The notes: a model not told the origin generated them from the sequence alone. Positions 1-9,982 are shown, counted from the first letter of the stretch. The stretch: 64,000 bases of DNA from an uncultured Acidobacteriota bacterium (GCA_963770895.1 CAVYRF010000002.1:3200001-3264000); one strand, 5' to 3'. Made by a program: numbers and translations.

Positions 1-361
1 GCTGGCGGCCACCCCGCCGCAGGCGCTGGGGCCGGGCGGCCACATCCTGCTGTGGCCGGCCTACGGTCCCACGTCCGAAGCGCCGCTGTTCATGCATCCG
101 CCGGGCGACCTGGTGATGGGTTGGGGCATCCTGCCCGGCGTGCCGCGCGCCTTCCTGCAGCGCGGCCTGGCGCAGCTGGACATGGTGAGCGACATGTCCG
201 TCCTCTTCGGCGGCAAGCGCTACCTGTCGGGCTACATCACCTACGATTCCGCCGAAAAGTGGGCTCAGCACTTTGGCGACCAGTGGCCCCGCATCCAGGC
301 CGCCAAGCGCACCTTCGACCCCGACGGCATCCTGGCGCCCGGCTTCATCATCTACGAGTAG
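1..361 (+). CDS. FAD-linked oxidase, C-terminal part (cytokinin dehydrogenase/VAO-like); 5' truncated by window edge
   Basis: Frame is open from base 2. C-terminus GGKRYLSGY...WAQHFGDQWPRIQAAKRTFDPDGILAPG matches the K-x-x-(F/Y)DP-x-x-IL-x-PG ending of VAO/CKX-type flavoproteins. Confidence 0.7.
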   Translation, partial: LAATPPQALGPGGHILLWPAYGPTSEAPLFMHPPGDLVMGWGILPGVPRAFLQRGLAQLDMVSDMSVLFGGKRYLSGYITYDSAEKWAQHFGDQWPRIQAAKRTFDPDGILAPGFIIYE

Positions 362-364
362 TGG

Positions 365-2455
365 TCACTGGCCCGCGGGGCCGTCCGGCGCCAGCCGCAG
401 GGCGGTGCGGGCGGCCGCGGCGGCGGCCTCGCGCGCGTAGTCTTCGCCGTCCAGCGTTTGCCGCAGCCGGTCGGCGGCCGGGGCGACCATGGGGAGCGCA
501 TGCCAGGTGAAAGGCTGCCCCGTGGCGGCGTCCAGCACCCGCCCCTGGTCGATGGCCAGCGTGGCGGCGGTCAGCGGCACGCGGACGAACACCGCGGCCA
601 GGGCGCGGAACAGCCCTTCGTCCCGCGGGTCCAGGAACCGCCCGCCGCCGTACCAGCTCTGCACCGCGATGTGGTAGTGCGCCGGCACCCAGAGCAGCGC
701 ATCCAGCTGCAGGCGCTCGCTGGCCGCGACCAGCAGCGCCACCGCCTCGCGCAGCATGCCCAGGCCGGGATGGTCCTGGCCGGGCAGGCGTGGCCGCGCG
801 GCGGAAAAGGCGGCGCGCGGGTTCTGCAGCAGCAGCCACTCCACCCGCAGCAGCACCAGGTCGGCGATCGTGCGGCGGTCGATCGATAGCCGCACTTCGG
901 CCAGCATCGCCCGCGCGTCCGTATCGCCGTACACCCGCACCGTCTCGCCGCCGGGATGATCCAGGTCGAGCATCACCGACGGGTGCGCAAAGCCCAGCCG
1001 CCGCAGCTTTTCCAGCACCCCGCGCCGCTCCAGCGCCAGCTCGATCTGCTGGCGGGTGAAGACGCCGAACAGCCGGAACGGCCGGTGCGCTCCCCCCAGG
1101 CTCCCCAACAGGTCTTCCGTCGTCAGCTGCCAGTCCGCCACCGCTGCCGGAGCCGGTGCGGCGCGGGACACCGCGTGGAGCGCGCCAGCCGCCGTGCCGG
1201 CGACTCTCCGCCAGGCAGGGGCTGGCCGGTTGGTCGCGCCGTTGCGCCAGCGCCCAGGCCGCCCGGCGGCCGACGGGCCTGCCGGCCGCCGCGTGCGATA
1301 GCGGTAGCGCGCCAGCATCGCGTCGGCGGCCGCGGACCCGGCAGGCGGCTCGACCGGTCTGCCGCCCGGGCGCAAGCTGGACAGGAAGCGGGCGGTGTAG
1401 CGCCACGCACCGGGGCCGTAGCCGCCGGCGAGCAGCATCACCATCGGCACCGGCGGCAGATCGCGGGCGCGCCGCCGCCTCACCAGGTCGTACACCATGC
1501 GGTCGCGCCGCAGCATGCCATCCGCCGAGATCCGCCAATTGCCGATGGCGTCGTCGGCCGCCGGGTCGCAGCCCGCCAGGTAGAAAACCAGTCCCGGCGC
1601 CGCCGCGGCAAACGCGCCCGGCAACCGCTCGGCCACCGCCGCCAGGTACCCGTCGTCGCCCACCCCATCCCCCAGCGCCACGGTCGTCGCCGCGCCGCTG
1701 CCGCCCGCCGCGCCGCTGTCGCTTGCCGCACCGTCGCCAGGTCCGGCATTGCCTCCGCTCAGCGCGGCGCCGCCGGTCGCGGCGTCGTCGCCCGCTGCGG
1801 CACCCGTGCTGCCCGCCGGCTCGAAGGTGGTGTGGTTGTGGATGGAAAAGGTGTGGACGCTCGGGTCGCGGGCAAAGATCGAGCGCGTGCCGTCGTCGTC
1901 GTGCAGGTCCAGGTCGATCACCAGGACGGGGGCCGCAAAGCCTTCGGCGCGCAGGGTCGCGACGGCGACGGCGACGTCGTTGAAGATGCAGAAGCGCTGC
2001 CCCTTGTCGGCGAAGCCATGGTGCAGGCCGCCACCCAGGTTGACTGTCAGGCGCCCCGACGCCAGGGCCAGCCGGCTGGCGGCCAGGGTGCCGCCGACCA
2101 TCGCGCGCTGGGACTCGACCGCCCGTTCGGCCAGGGCGTCCGGCAGCTCGAAGCCGAAGATGGGCAGCAGCGATGCCGGCTGCGACAGCGAATCGAGGTA
2201 GTCGTCCGAGTGCACCCGGCGCAGGTCGCGGAAGCTGGCCGGCTCGGCCCGGTGCAGGTGCCGGCGGTCCAGCAGCCCCGCGGCATCCAGCGCCGCCAGG
2301 ACGCGCTCCCCCCGCCGTACATCGACGCCCGGCAGGTCGAGCTGGTAGCGGTCGCTATGCACCAGGTCGAGCCGCGGCGCCCACAACCGCCGCACGACCC
2401 GCCGCCGCACCCGCCGCGCGCACCGCACACCTGCCTGACAGAGGGCCCCCACCAA
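365..2455 (-). CDS. Histone deacetylase (AcuC/HDAC-like) family protein with extra C-terminal domain
   Basis: Motifs RVHSDDY, GGGLHHG, FCIFNDVAVA, IDLDLHDDDGT, FSIH, LAGCDP, LAGGYG. Start codon uncertain. Confidence 0.85.
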   Translation of the reverse strand: MVGALCQAGVRCARRVRRRVVRRLWAPRLDLVHSDRYQLDLPGVDVRRGERVLAALDAAGLLDRRHLHRAEPASFRDLRRVHSDDYLDSLSQPASLLPIFGFELPDALAERAVESQRAMVGGTLAASRLALASGRLTVNLGGGLHHGFADKGQRFCIFNDVAVAVATLRAEGFAAPVLVIDLDLHDDDGTRSIFARDPSVHTFSIHNHTTFEPAGSTGAAAGDDAATGGAALSGGNAGPGDGAASDSGAAGGSGAATTVALGDGVGDDGYLAAVAERLPGAFAAAAPGLVFYLAGCDPAADDAIGNWRISADGMLRRDRMVYDLVRRRRARDLPPVPMVMLLAGGYGPGAWRYTARFLSSLRPGGRPVEPPAGSAAADAMLARYRYRTRRPAGPSAAGRPGRWRNGATNRPAPAWRRVAGTAAGALHAVSRAAPAPAAVADWQLTTEDLLGSLGGAHRPFRLFGVFTRQQIELALERRGVLEKLRRLGFAHPSVMLDLDHPGGETVRVYGDTDARAMLAEVRLSIDRRTIADLVLLRVEWLLLQNPRAAFSAARPRLPGQDHPGLGMLREAVALLVAASERLQLDALLWVPAHYHIAVQSWYGGGRFLDPRDEGLFRALAAVFVRVPLTAATLAIDQGRVLDAATGQPFTWHALPMVAPAADRLRQTLDGEDYAREAAAAAARTALRLAPDGPAGQ

Positions 2456-2558
2456 CCCAGCTTACTCCGCCCGGCCCGGACCTCACCAGCATACCGGCCG
2501 CGCTGTCGGCGCCCCCCCGCCCGGCAGCTGGAAGCTCACCGGGATACCGGCTCTGCTA

Positions 2559-2882
2559 ATGTCGGTGGTCAGTTGGGAGGAAGCGATGGACTGGGACGGG
2601 ATGGACAAGGACGCGGTGGAGCTGCCGATCACGGATGTGCTGGATCTGCATAGCTTCCTTCCCGCGGACGTGCCGGACGTGGTGCGCGACTACCTGGACC
2701 TGGCGTATGTGCAGGGGCTGCGCGAGCTGCGCATCATTCATGGGCGCGGCGCGGGGGTGCAGCGGCGCACGGTGCGCGAGCTGCTGGGGCGCGACCCGCG
2801 GGTCAAGAGCTTTGGCGACGCGCCGCCCGAAGCCGGCGGCTGGGGCGCCACCTGGCTGAAGCTGCGCGGCGGCCAGCGCTAA
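2559..2882 (+). CDS. Stand-alone Smr (small MutS-related) domain protein
   Basis: LDLHSF, IIHGRGAG and GGWGAT Smr motifs. Start may be a downstream ATG. Confidence 0.88.
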   Translation: MSVVSWEEAMDWDGMDKDAVELPITDVLDLHSFLPADVPDVVRDYLDLAYVQGLRELRIIHGRGAGVQRRTVRELLGRDPRVKSFGDAPPEAGGWGATWLKLRGGQR

Positions 2883-2948
2883 AAGCTCGCCACGGCGGCG
2901 TGACCATCACCCGCACGCCCGCACACCCGCAAAACTGTCCCGCCAGGT

Positions 2949-5900
2949 CTAGTGGAACAGCTTGAGGAAGACCAGGTAGAGGACGAAGCCGTGGTCGGGG
3001 CCGGCGACGGGCACGCCGGCGTTGAGGGTGATGAAGCTCCTCCAGGGTCCCATGATGCTGCCTTCCAGGCCGGTGCCGCCCAGCAGGGTGTTGTGCATGG
3101 CGCTTTCGTTGTCGGTGGCCAGGGCGGCATCGACCAGCACGTCCAGGCGGAAGACGTCGCCAAAATCGAAGCCGTAGCTGAGGTGGCTGAGGTAGGCCTT
3201 GGAGGCGATCACGGCGTTGCTGCGAAAGCCTTCGATGCGGGTGCCGCCGAAGTAGCCGAACTCATACTTGCTGAAGCGGTCCAGGTGGTCGCCCGCGTCG
3301 TAGTCGACTTCCGCGCCGATTTTCTGGAACCACGGCAGGTACCAGTTCTTGCTCAGCGCCAGGCCGTAGCGTGAAAAGTCGCGGTCGGCGGGGCTGTAGT
3401 CGGGGTTGCCGGGTTCTCCCCAGGCGCGCCAGCTGGAGCGGATGCTGTAGCTGTAGTTGCCGGCCAGGGTGTAGCCGAAGCGCGCGTAGTTGGCGTCGAG
3501 CTCGGCCGACTGCGCCACGTTGTCGCTCGGCAGCACGAAATTCTTGGCGGTGTTGCTGTTGCGGCTGTAGGACTGCTCCAGCAGGCCGTACTGGACGCCG
3601 ATGTTGAGAAAGTTGCCGATGGGGTGGCCCAGCTTCAGGTCGAAGTTGGCGGGCAGGATGCGCAGCTCCTGGTTGACGACCTCGCGGCCCTTGTCGTACA
3701 GGTCGTCGGTGAACGGCACGGCGATGGCGAAGGCGTCGCCGCCCAGGTGGAAACGCGTGCCGCCCAGGCGCGGATCGGAGGCGCTGGCGACCAGCAGGAC
3801 GCCGGCAAAGAAGATGTTGGCCTGCTCGCCGGTGTTCTTGAAATCGAAGCTGAAGTAGTTGATGCCGCCGAGCGGCAGCGGATAGCTGAGCGAGTCGTCG
3901 TAGAACAGCCCGGCGACGCCGAACAGCTGGCTGGGCGTCGTCCCTTCCTTGACCTGGCGCGGCTCGCCGGGGTGTTTGCGGATCAGGTAGCGCAGGCCGT
4001 GGTCGGTTTCCCGCACCATCGTCGCGTCCGAGTCGAGCGCCGCCTGGCGCCGGGCGGCGAAGTCCGTGGGATTGAGGCGGACGTCGGTGAGCAGGGTTTC
4101 GCGCTCGACCACCGTGGGAGCGTCGAGGATGGTGAAGATCTGTTCCGCCAGCAGGTGCAGCGGCAGCACGAAGCTGTCGGCGGACCAGGGGGCGGCGTGG
4201 CCCTGGGCGTCGATCGGGGAGTAGACCAGCGTCTCTTCGTTGGAGACCACTTCGCCTTCCAGGCCGAGCTGCACGGCGCGGGTCTTCAGGCGCGCGTAGA
4301 GCGTGCGGTCGATCCACACGGTTCCCTGGTACAGGTGGCCGCCGGCCCCCGCCGGCGCGAAGTCGACCACCCAGGCGTCGCGGCCGTCGAGCTTTTCGAC
4401 GCCGCGCAGGCGATACCGATAATCGTGGGTGAACTGGATGGTCAGCGGCGTCGCCGCCGCCTTTTCGGGCTGGATCAGCGGAATCTGCGGCAGGGTTTTG
4501 GCGCGCCAGCGCACGCCGTTGACGTACAGCGTCTCCCAGGCCCAATCGGCGCCGGCGTCGTGGCTCCAGAAGTACGGCCCGGTCAGCGCCACGTCGACGC
4601 TGGCCGCCCCGGCGCTGGGCTGGAAGCGCAGGTGCGTGGTGTCGGTTGCCGTGTAGGTTTCCAGGCGGCGCCCCTGCGCGTCCTCGAAGACCTGCAGCCG
4701 CTTGAGGATCTCCTCGACGGGCATGTCCCGCTCCGACGCCACGGTGACCTTTTCGGCCACCCCCTGCCGCTCGGCGGCGCTCAGCCGTTCCAGCCCCAGC
4801 ACGACGACGGCGCCGGGCTGGGCGATCCGTACCTCCAGCCCCGCCTGCGGCGCCGGCAGCACCCGGCTGGCCGGCGGGGGCACCGGTCCGGCGGTAAAGG
4901 GAAACCGCGTCGGCCGGCGCAGCGCAGGGTCGCCAAAGCGCAGCACCAGGTCGGCCGCGCCCGCACCGCCCGGCGCCGCTTCGCCCGCTCCGCCTGCCGT
5001 CGATGCGCCGGCGCCGCCGTGGGCTGGCTGGCCGGCGTCGCCTTGCGGCGCCCCCCCGGTACCGCCCGCGGCGGCCGGCGTCTCGGCGATGACCCGCAGC
5101 GCCAGGTCCTTGCCGCGCACGAAGGCCCAGGCCGCCGCGGTGCCTTCAGGGACCGAGCTGGGATCGTAGGACAGGTCGCCGCTGAACTCGCGCGCCAGCA
5201 CGATCAACGGGTTGCAGACGGCGGCGTCGACGCCGCCCTGGTCGGCGCCCGGCGCGCGGAACAAGGTCAGGTCGAAGCCGCCGGCGGCCTGGCGCGCCGC
5301 CTGCGCCAGCGCGCCGCCTGCCGGCGCCGTGGGGTAGGGGAGCAAGCCGATCGCCACCGGCTTGCCCGCGTCGAGGTCGTGCACCCTTTGCAGCGCCGCC
5401 GCCTGCGCGCTGGCGGCCGTGGGCGCCGGCACCGTCCCCGGCGCCGCTCCATGTTGGCCGCCGCCGGCGGTCAGGACGACCAGGTCGACGTAGGGGGCGA
5501 CGTCGGCACCGTAGAAGGCGGTCACCGTCGCCGCGTCGGCAGGCAGCGGCTGGGTCGCCACGTGCGCCCCGGTTTCTGCGCCCGCCAGCGCCACCGTCGC
5601 GCGCTTGATCAGAAAGCCGTATTCCGCGGCGTCGAACGGTGGCTCCGGCCTGGCGCCGCCGGCCGTGGGTTGCGGGCGCCAGGTGATCTGGAACCAGGTG
5701 TGGGCGGGAGCTGCCGCCGCCAGGTCGCCCGCAGCCGCCAGCTCGACCTGCAAGCGCGCCAGGTTGCGCACCAGCGGCGGCGGCGTGGTGAACACCAGGT
5801 TGATCCACGGTGTCGCGCCCACCGCGACCACTGCCTGGGCCGCCGCCGCTGCCGCTGCCACCTGCGGCGCCGGCGCGGCTGCCGCGGCTCCGGTCGCCTG

Positions 5901-6305
5901 TGGCACCGGCTTCGCCGCCGGCACCGGCGCCGCCGTCGAGGTGGCGTCCGCCGCGTCCAGCTCCACGTCCCAGGCAAGAAACAGCGGGCTGGCCGGCGGC
6001 AGGTGCGCCGCCCGCAGATAGGCAAGCAGGTCGAAGGCATGCGCCGCCGGCGGCGCGCCCGCGGCTCCTGGTGCACCCGCGCCCGCGGCTCCGTCGTCAG
6101 TTGGAGCGGGCACGTCGGCAGCCGCCGCGGCTGCCGGAGCACCACCGTTGGCGGGCGCGCCGGGCGGCGCATCCAGATGGAGCCCGGCGCAAGGCTGGCA
6201 GGGCAGTCCTGACGCCGCCGCGGCGCCGGCGCCCGCCAGCGCGGCCGCGGTGCCGCAGACGACCATCACCCAAGGGAGCAGCAGCGGCACAGGGCGATGG
6301 ACCAT
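2949..6305 (-). CDS. Large exported multi-domain protein with probable C-terminal outer-membrane beta-barrel
   Basis: Signal-peptide-like N-terminus from ATG 6305. Central YRYRLRGVEKLDGRDAWVVDF/GTVWID segment is LolA/MucB-RseB-like. Amphipathic aromatic-rich strands end FLKLFH. Confidence 0.7.
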   Translation of the reverse strand: MVHRPVPLLLPWVMVVCGTAAALAGAGAAAASGLPCQPCAGLHLDAPPGAPANGGAPAAAAAADVPAPTDDGAAGAGAPGAAGAPPAAHAFDLLAYLRAAHLPPASPLFLAWDVELDAADATSTAAPVPAAKPVPQATGAAAAAPAPQVAAAAAAAQAVVAVGATPWINLVFTTPPPLVRNLARLQVELAAAGDLAAAAPAHTWFQITWRPQPTAGGARPEPPFDAAEYGFLIKRATVALAGAETGAHVATQPLPADAATVTAFYGADVAPYVDLVVLTAGGGQHGAAPGTVPAPTAASAQAAALQRVHDLDAGKPVAIGLLPYPTAPAGGALAQAARQAAGGFDLTLFRAPGADQGGVDAAVCNPLIVLAREFSGDLSYDPSSVPEGTAAAWAFVRGKDLALRVIAETPAAAGGTGGAPQGDAGQPAHGGAGASTAGGAGEAAPGGAGAADLVLRFGDPALRRPTRFPFTAGPVPPPASRVLPAPQAGLEVRIAQPGAVVVLGLERLSAAERQGVAEKVTVASERDMPVEEILKRLQVFEDAQGRRLETYTATDTTHLRFQPSAGAASVDVALTGPYFWSHDAGADWAWETLYVNGVRWRAKTLPQIPLIQPEKAAATPLTIQFTHDYRYRLRGVEKLDGRDAWVVDFAPAGAGGHLYQGTVWIDRTLYARLKTRAVQLGLEGEVVSNEETLVYSPIDAQGHAAPWSADSFVLPLHLLAEQIFTILDAPTVVERETLLTDVRLNPTDFAARRQAALDSDATMVRETDHGLRYLIRKHPGEPRQVKEGTTPSQLFGVAGLFYDDSLSYPLPLGGINYFSFDFKNTGEQANIFFAGVLLVASASDPRLGGTRFHLGGDAFAIAVPFTDDLYDKGREVVNQELRILPANFDLKLGHPIGNFLNIGVQYGLLEQSYSRNSNTAKNFVLPSDNVAQSAELDANYARFGYTLAGNYSYSIRSSWRAWGEPGNPDYSPADRDFSRYGLALSKNWYLPWFQKIGAEVDYDAGDHLDRFSKYEFGYFGGTRIEGFRSNAVIASKAYLSHLSYGFDFGDVFRLDVLVDAALATDNESAMHNTLLGGTGLEGSIMGPWRSFITLNAGVPVAGPDHGFVLYLVFLKLFH

Positions 6306-6415
6306 GGCGGCAAGCATAGATGGGCTGGCGCGCCGAGTCACGCAGCCAGCCGAGTCGCGCAGCCAATCGGCGAGCGCGCTGCAATGCACATTGGGAGTAG
6401 AATCGCAGCCACACT

Positions 6416-7543
6416 ATGGAGTTCTCTGGCCGGCTCAATTCGTTCCCGCCGAGCGACCTCCTGCAGTGGGCACTCAACGACCGCCGTTCGGGAGCGTTGG
6501 TGCTGCGCCGCAGCGAGCGGGAAAAACGCGTGTACTTTCACGGCGGGGAGGTCATCGCCTGCCTGTCGAACGACCCGGCCGAATTCTATGGGCAGCACCT
6601 GCTGCTCAACGGGCACCTGCAGCAGGACCAGCTGTTTACGGCGCTGACCTATTGCACCACCCAGGGGGTGCGGCTGGGCACGGCCCTGCTGGAGCTCGGC
6701 CTGATGAGCCCCGAGCGGGTGCAGCAGACCCTGCGCGCGCAGATCGAAGATTCGATCTGCGACCTGTTCCTGTGGGAGCGCGGCGTCTTCTACTTCCGCG
6801 CCGAAATGCCGCAGGAAGAGGAGATCCTGCCCGAACCCATCCACGCCATGGGCCTGATCATGGAAGGGACGCGCTGGCTCGACGAGTACCGGCGCATCCG
6901 CAAGCTGTTCGTCCACGACAACATGGTGGTGCGCCGCGGCGCCGGCTGGCCGGGTGAGGGGCTGACGCCGGTCGAGCGGCGCGTCGCCTCCGAGCTGGAC
7001 GGCAAGCGCACTCTGGCGGAGCTGTACAAGGCCGTCCGCGGCTCCTACTTCCGCTTTCTGGAAGCGGCGTACAGGCTGGCGATCGCGACGGTGCTCGACA
7101 TCGATTCGGTGGGCGAGCCGATCGATCACAGCACCAGCGAGATGAGCGTCTACGACCTGCTGCTGGAGCAGGCGACCGAGGAGCAGATCCTGGTCGCCCA
7201 GCGCCACATGGCGGTGCCGCTCGACCTGCTGGAGCGCTGGGTGCCGGTCTGGGTGGGGGAGCCGGGAGCCGAAGAGCAGACCCGCATGCCGGCGCGCGCG
7301 CGCGACTTCTACGCCCGGCTCGACGGCAGGACCACGCTGGGCGACGCCTTTTCCGGTGATGCGCGGCTGCGCGGACGCGAAATGGACCTGTTGCTGCTGC
7401 AGCTGCAGAAGGGGCGCCTGGCTCTGCTGCCGGGGTCGGTGGAGGCGCTGGAGGCCGAGGCCGACCGCCGCGGCTCGCCGCCGCTCGACCGCTGGTGGCA
7501 GCGGGTCTTCGCCCCCCGGCCCAAGGGCCCGCCGGCGCGCTGA
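6416..7543 (+). CDS. DUF4388 (PatA-N-like) domain protein
   Basis: N-terminal FSGRLNSFPPSDLLQW...SGALVL...KRVYFHGGEVI...LFLWERGVFYF pattern. Confidence 0.8.
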   Translation: MEFSGRLNSFPPSDLLQWALNDRRSGALVLRRSEREKRVYFHGGEVIACLSNDPAEFYGQHLLLNGHLQQDQLFTALTYCTTQGVRLGTALLELGLMSPERVQQTLRAQIEDSICDLFLWERGVFYFRAEMPQEEEILPEPIHAMGLIMEGTRWLDEYRRIRKLFVHDNMVVRRGAGWPGEGLTPVERRVASELDGKRTLAELYKAVRGSYFRFLEAAYRLAIATVLDIDSVGEPIDHSTSEMSVYDLLLEQATEEQILVAQRHMAVPLDLLERWVPVWVGEPGAEEQTRMPARARDFYARLDGRTTLGDAFSGDARLRGREMDLLLLQLQKGRLALLPGSVEALEAEADRRGSPPLDRWWQRVFAPRPKGPPAR

Positions 7544-7556
7544 GCGCCGCGGCGCT

Positions 7557-9365
7557 TCAGGCCGTGGCGTCGGCGTTGCGCTCGCCGGAAATGATGCGCC
7601 AGCCGATCACCTTCTCGTCGATCTCGCGCAGCCGGTTGGCCACCAGGCGGCACAGCAGCTGCATGAATTCGAGCGCCGCGTGGGGGTCCATGGCCAGGAT
7701 CTCGCGCACCATCGCCTGGTCGAGCGTCAGCACGGTGAGCGGTCCGGCGTAGGCGCGCGCGTCGGCGGAGCGCGGCTCGCCGTCGATCAGCGCCATCTCG
7801 CCGAAGAAGTCGCCGCGTTCCAGGATGGCAAGCGCTTCTTCGCCGGCGCCGGGGATGAACTTGCTGATCATCGCCTTGCCTTCCAGGATGATGTACATCT
7901 CGTTGCCCTCGTCGCCTTCCTGGAAGAGCGACGCGCCGGCGGCAAAGCGCTCCTCGCGCGAGAAGGTGGCCAGGGTGATCAGCTCGCTGCGCGACAGCCC
8001 CTGCTCGCGGAAGAGCCGGATCTTGTCGGTCGATTCCACCTTGATCGCCGCCGGCGGCGGCACCGCCGGGTGTTTGCGCAGGCGCAGGAAGTTTTCGGGC
8101 ATCGATTCAGAGGCAAAGAACCCCTTCAGCTGGTCGTTGGTGGCGCGCAGCTTTTGCGCCAGGCTGTGCCAGAAGCTCCAGTACAGCTTGACCCCCAGCT
8201 CGGGAGCGTCCTCGATCAGCGCGTCCAGCGCCGCCGCCTCGCAGCGGAAGACCTGGCAGGCCGCAAGCGCGCTGGCGTCGGAGCTGCGGTCGAGGCCGGT
8301 GAAGAAGCTCACTTCCCCGAACAGGCTCCCCGGCTCCAGCTTGCCGAGCGTGAAGGTGCCGTAGGCGGTGGGGCGCTGGATGAGGATTTCGCCGCGCTCC
8401 AGCAAGTAGAGATCGCGCCCTTCGCTCTGGTGGGCGAACACCAGGGCGCCGGTTTCGTGGATCTCTTCCTTGACCACCGAGGTGAGGCGGAAGATCTGCT
8501 CGTCGCTCAGGTGCGACCACAGCTTCATCCGGCGCAGGCGCGCCGCCAGGTGGAGCTTGCCGCCATCGGAAACCTCGGGAGGCGGCGTGGTGGTGGCGAA
8601 GGTGGCGCCGGGGGAGAAGCCGCCCTGCTCCAGGAAACGCTCGCGGTGCCACTCCAGGCGATCGAAGGCGGTGCGGATCTCCTCCTGCCGGTCGTGGAAC
8701 AGCTGCGCCAGCTCGCGGCCGCCCAGGCCCAGGATCTGCTTGAGCGTCTGGATGCGGCGCCGCAGCCGCCGCCCGCCCTCCTCATCCCCCACGTCGAGCA
8801 GCAGAAAGGCGTGGATGGTCGCCGCCAGCGCCGCCTCGAAGCGTTTGCGCTCGTATTCGGCGCGGCTCAGCGCTTCCGCGACGTGGCGGTTGAAGGGGTT
8901 GAGACGCAGCGCCTTGCCGAGCTCTTCGGCGGCGCCTTCGAAGTCCTTGCGCCGCAGCAGCAGGCGGCCGTGCAGCTGCGAATGGGCGGGGTTGGCCAGG
9001 TCCTTGGCCTTGGCCACTTCAAGGCATTCGATGGCGCGCGCGCTGTCGCCCCGCTCGGCGTAGAGGTAGGCCAGGCCGAGGAAGTGGGCGGCGTCGATGG
9101 CGTTGCGGCGAAAGCCTTCGCGCAGGACGTCGCGCAGGCTGCGCCCGCGGCCGTCGCCGCCGCCTTCGCTCTGCTGCAGCTTGCGCACTTCCGCCAGCGC
9201 CAGCTTGACCTTCAGGTTTGCGGGATCCAGCCGCAGGGCCAGCAGCAGCAGCTCGGCCGCCTCGTCGTGCCGGGACGCGGCGCTGACGCGGCGCGCCAGG
9301 TCGGCGATCTCCTCGACCTCGACGCCAAGGGCCGGGGATGGGGATTGGTTCTGCGGTTCGCTCAT
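7557..9365 (-). CDS. TPR-repeat protein with two cyclic-nucleotide-binding domains
   Basis: N-terminal TPR-like helices. Two cNMP cassettes: GSLFGEVSFFTGLDRSSDA and GDFFGEMALIDGEPRSADA. Start taken at ATG 9365 (MSEPQ). Confidence 0.85.
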   Translation of the reverse strand: MSEPQNQSPSPALGVEVEEIADLARRVSAASRHDEAAELLLLALRLDPANLKVKLALAEVRKLQQSEGGGDGRGRSLRDVLREGFRRNAIDAAHFLGLAYLYAERGDSARAIECLEVAKAKDLANPAHSQLHGRLLLRRKDFEGAAEELGKALRLNPFNRHVAEALSRAEYERKRFEAALAATIHAFLLLDVGDEEGGRRLRRRIQTLKQILGLGGRELAQLFHDRQEEIRTAFDRLEWHRERFLEQGGFSPGATFATTTPPPEVSDGGKLHLAARLRRMKLWSHLSDEQIFRLTSVVKEEIHETGALVFAHQSEGRDLYLLERGEILIQRPTAYGTFTLGKLEPGSLFGEVSFFTGLDRSSDASALAACQVFRCEAAALDALIEDAPELGVKLYWSFWHSLAQKLRATNDQLKGFFASESMPENFLRLRKHPAVPPPAAIKVESTDKIRLFREQGLSRSELITLATFSREERFAAGASLFQEGDEGNEMYIILEGKAMISKFIPGAGEEALAILERGDFFGEMALIDGEPRSADARAYAGPLTVLTLDQAMVREILAMDPHAALEFMQLLCRLVANRLREIDEKVIGWRIISGERNADATA

Positions 9366-9454
9366 GCCGGAAGGTGGTGCGCGGCCATCTCCACAATCCA
9401 AGCTATCGCCGCCACCGCGCGAGATAGACCTGGGGCAGTGTAGCATGGCGGGTC

Positions 9455-9982
9455 ATGGCGCCCCCGCCCCCACTCCCGCCATCACCGCGCTCCGCGGCTG
9501 CCGAGCTCACCGCTGAAATGCGCGATGCCATCGACCGCTGCCGCCGCGGCAGCTGGAAGGACGGCCTGCCGCTGCTCGCCCGCCTGGCGGAAGAAGGCGA
9601 CCGCAAGGAGGGCCGGCCGCTGCCGGCGCTGGTCTATTCCTATCTGGGCTACGGCATCGCGCTACGCCAGCAGCGCGTCCAGGAAGGGCTGAAGCTCTGC
9701 CAGCACGCCATCAAGGTGGAGTTCTACCAGGCCGAAAACTATCTCAACCTGGCGCGCACCCTGATGCTTGCCGGCCAGCGGCGCCCGGCCGTGCGCGCCG
9801 TCACCGACGGCCTGAAGGTCGAGCCCGACCATGCCGGGCTGCTCGACCTGCAGCACGAGATCGGCGTGCGGCGAAGGCCGGTGCTGCCTTTTCTGAATCG
9901 GAGGAACCCGCTGAACCTGCTGCTGGGCAAGCTCCGCCACATCCTCCGCCCGGCGCCCGCGGGAAGCGTTCAGAAGGACTGA
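9455..9982 (+). CDS. Small TPR protein
   Basis: YSYLGYGIA...GLKLCQHAIKVEFYQAENYLNLARTL TPR-like helices. C-terminal RRRPVLPFLNRRNPLNLLLGKLR tail. Confidence 0.75.
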   Translation: MAPPPPLPPSPRSAAAELTAEMRDAIDRCRRGSWKDGLPLLARLAEEGDRKEGRPLPALVYSYLGYGIALRQQRVQEGLKLCQHAIKVEFYQAENYLNLARTLMLAGQRRPAVRAVTDGLKVEPDHAGLLDLQHEIGVRRRPVLPFLNRRNPLNLLLGKLRHILRPAPAGSVQKD

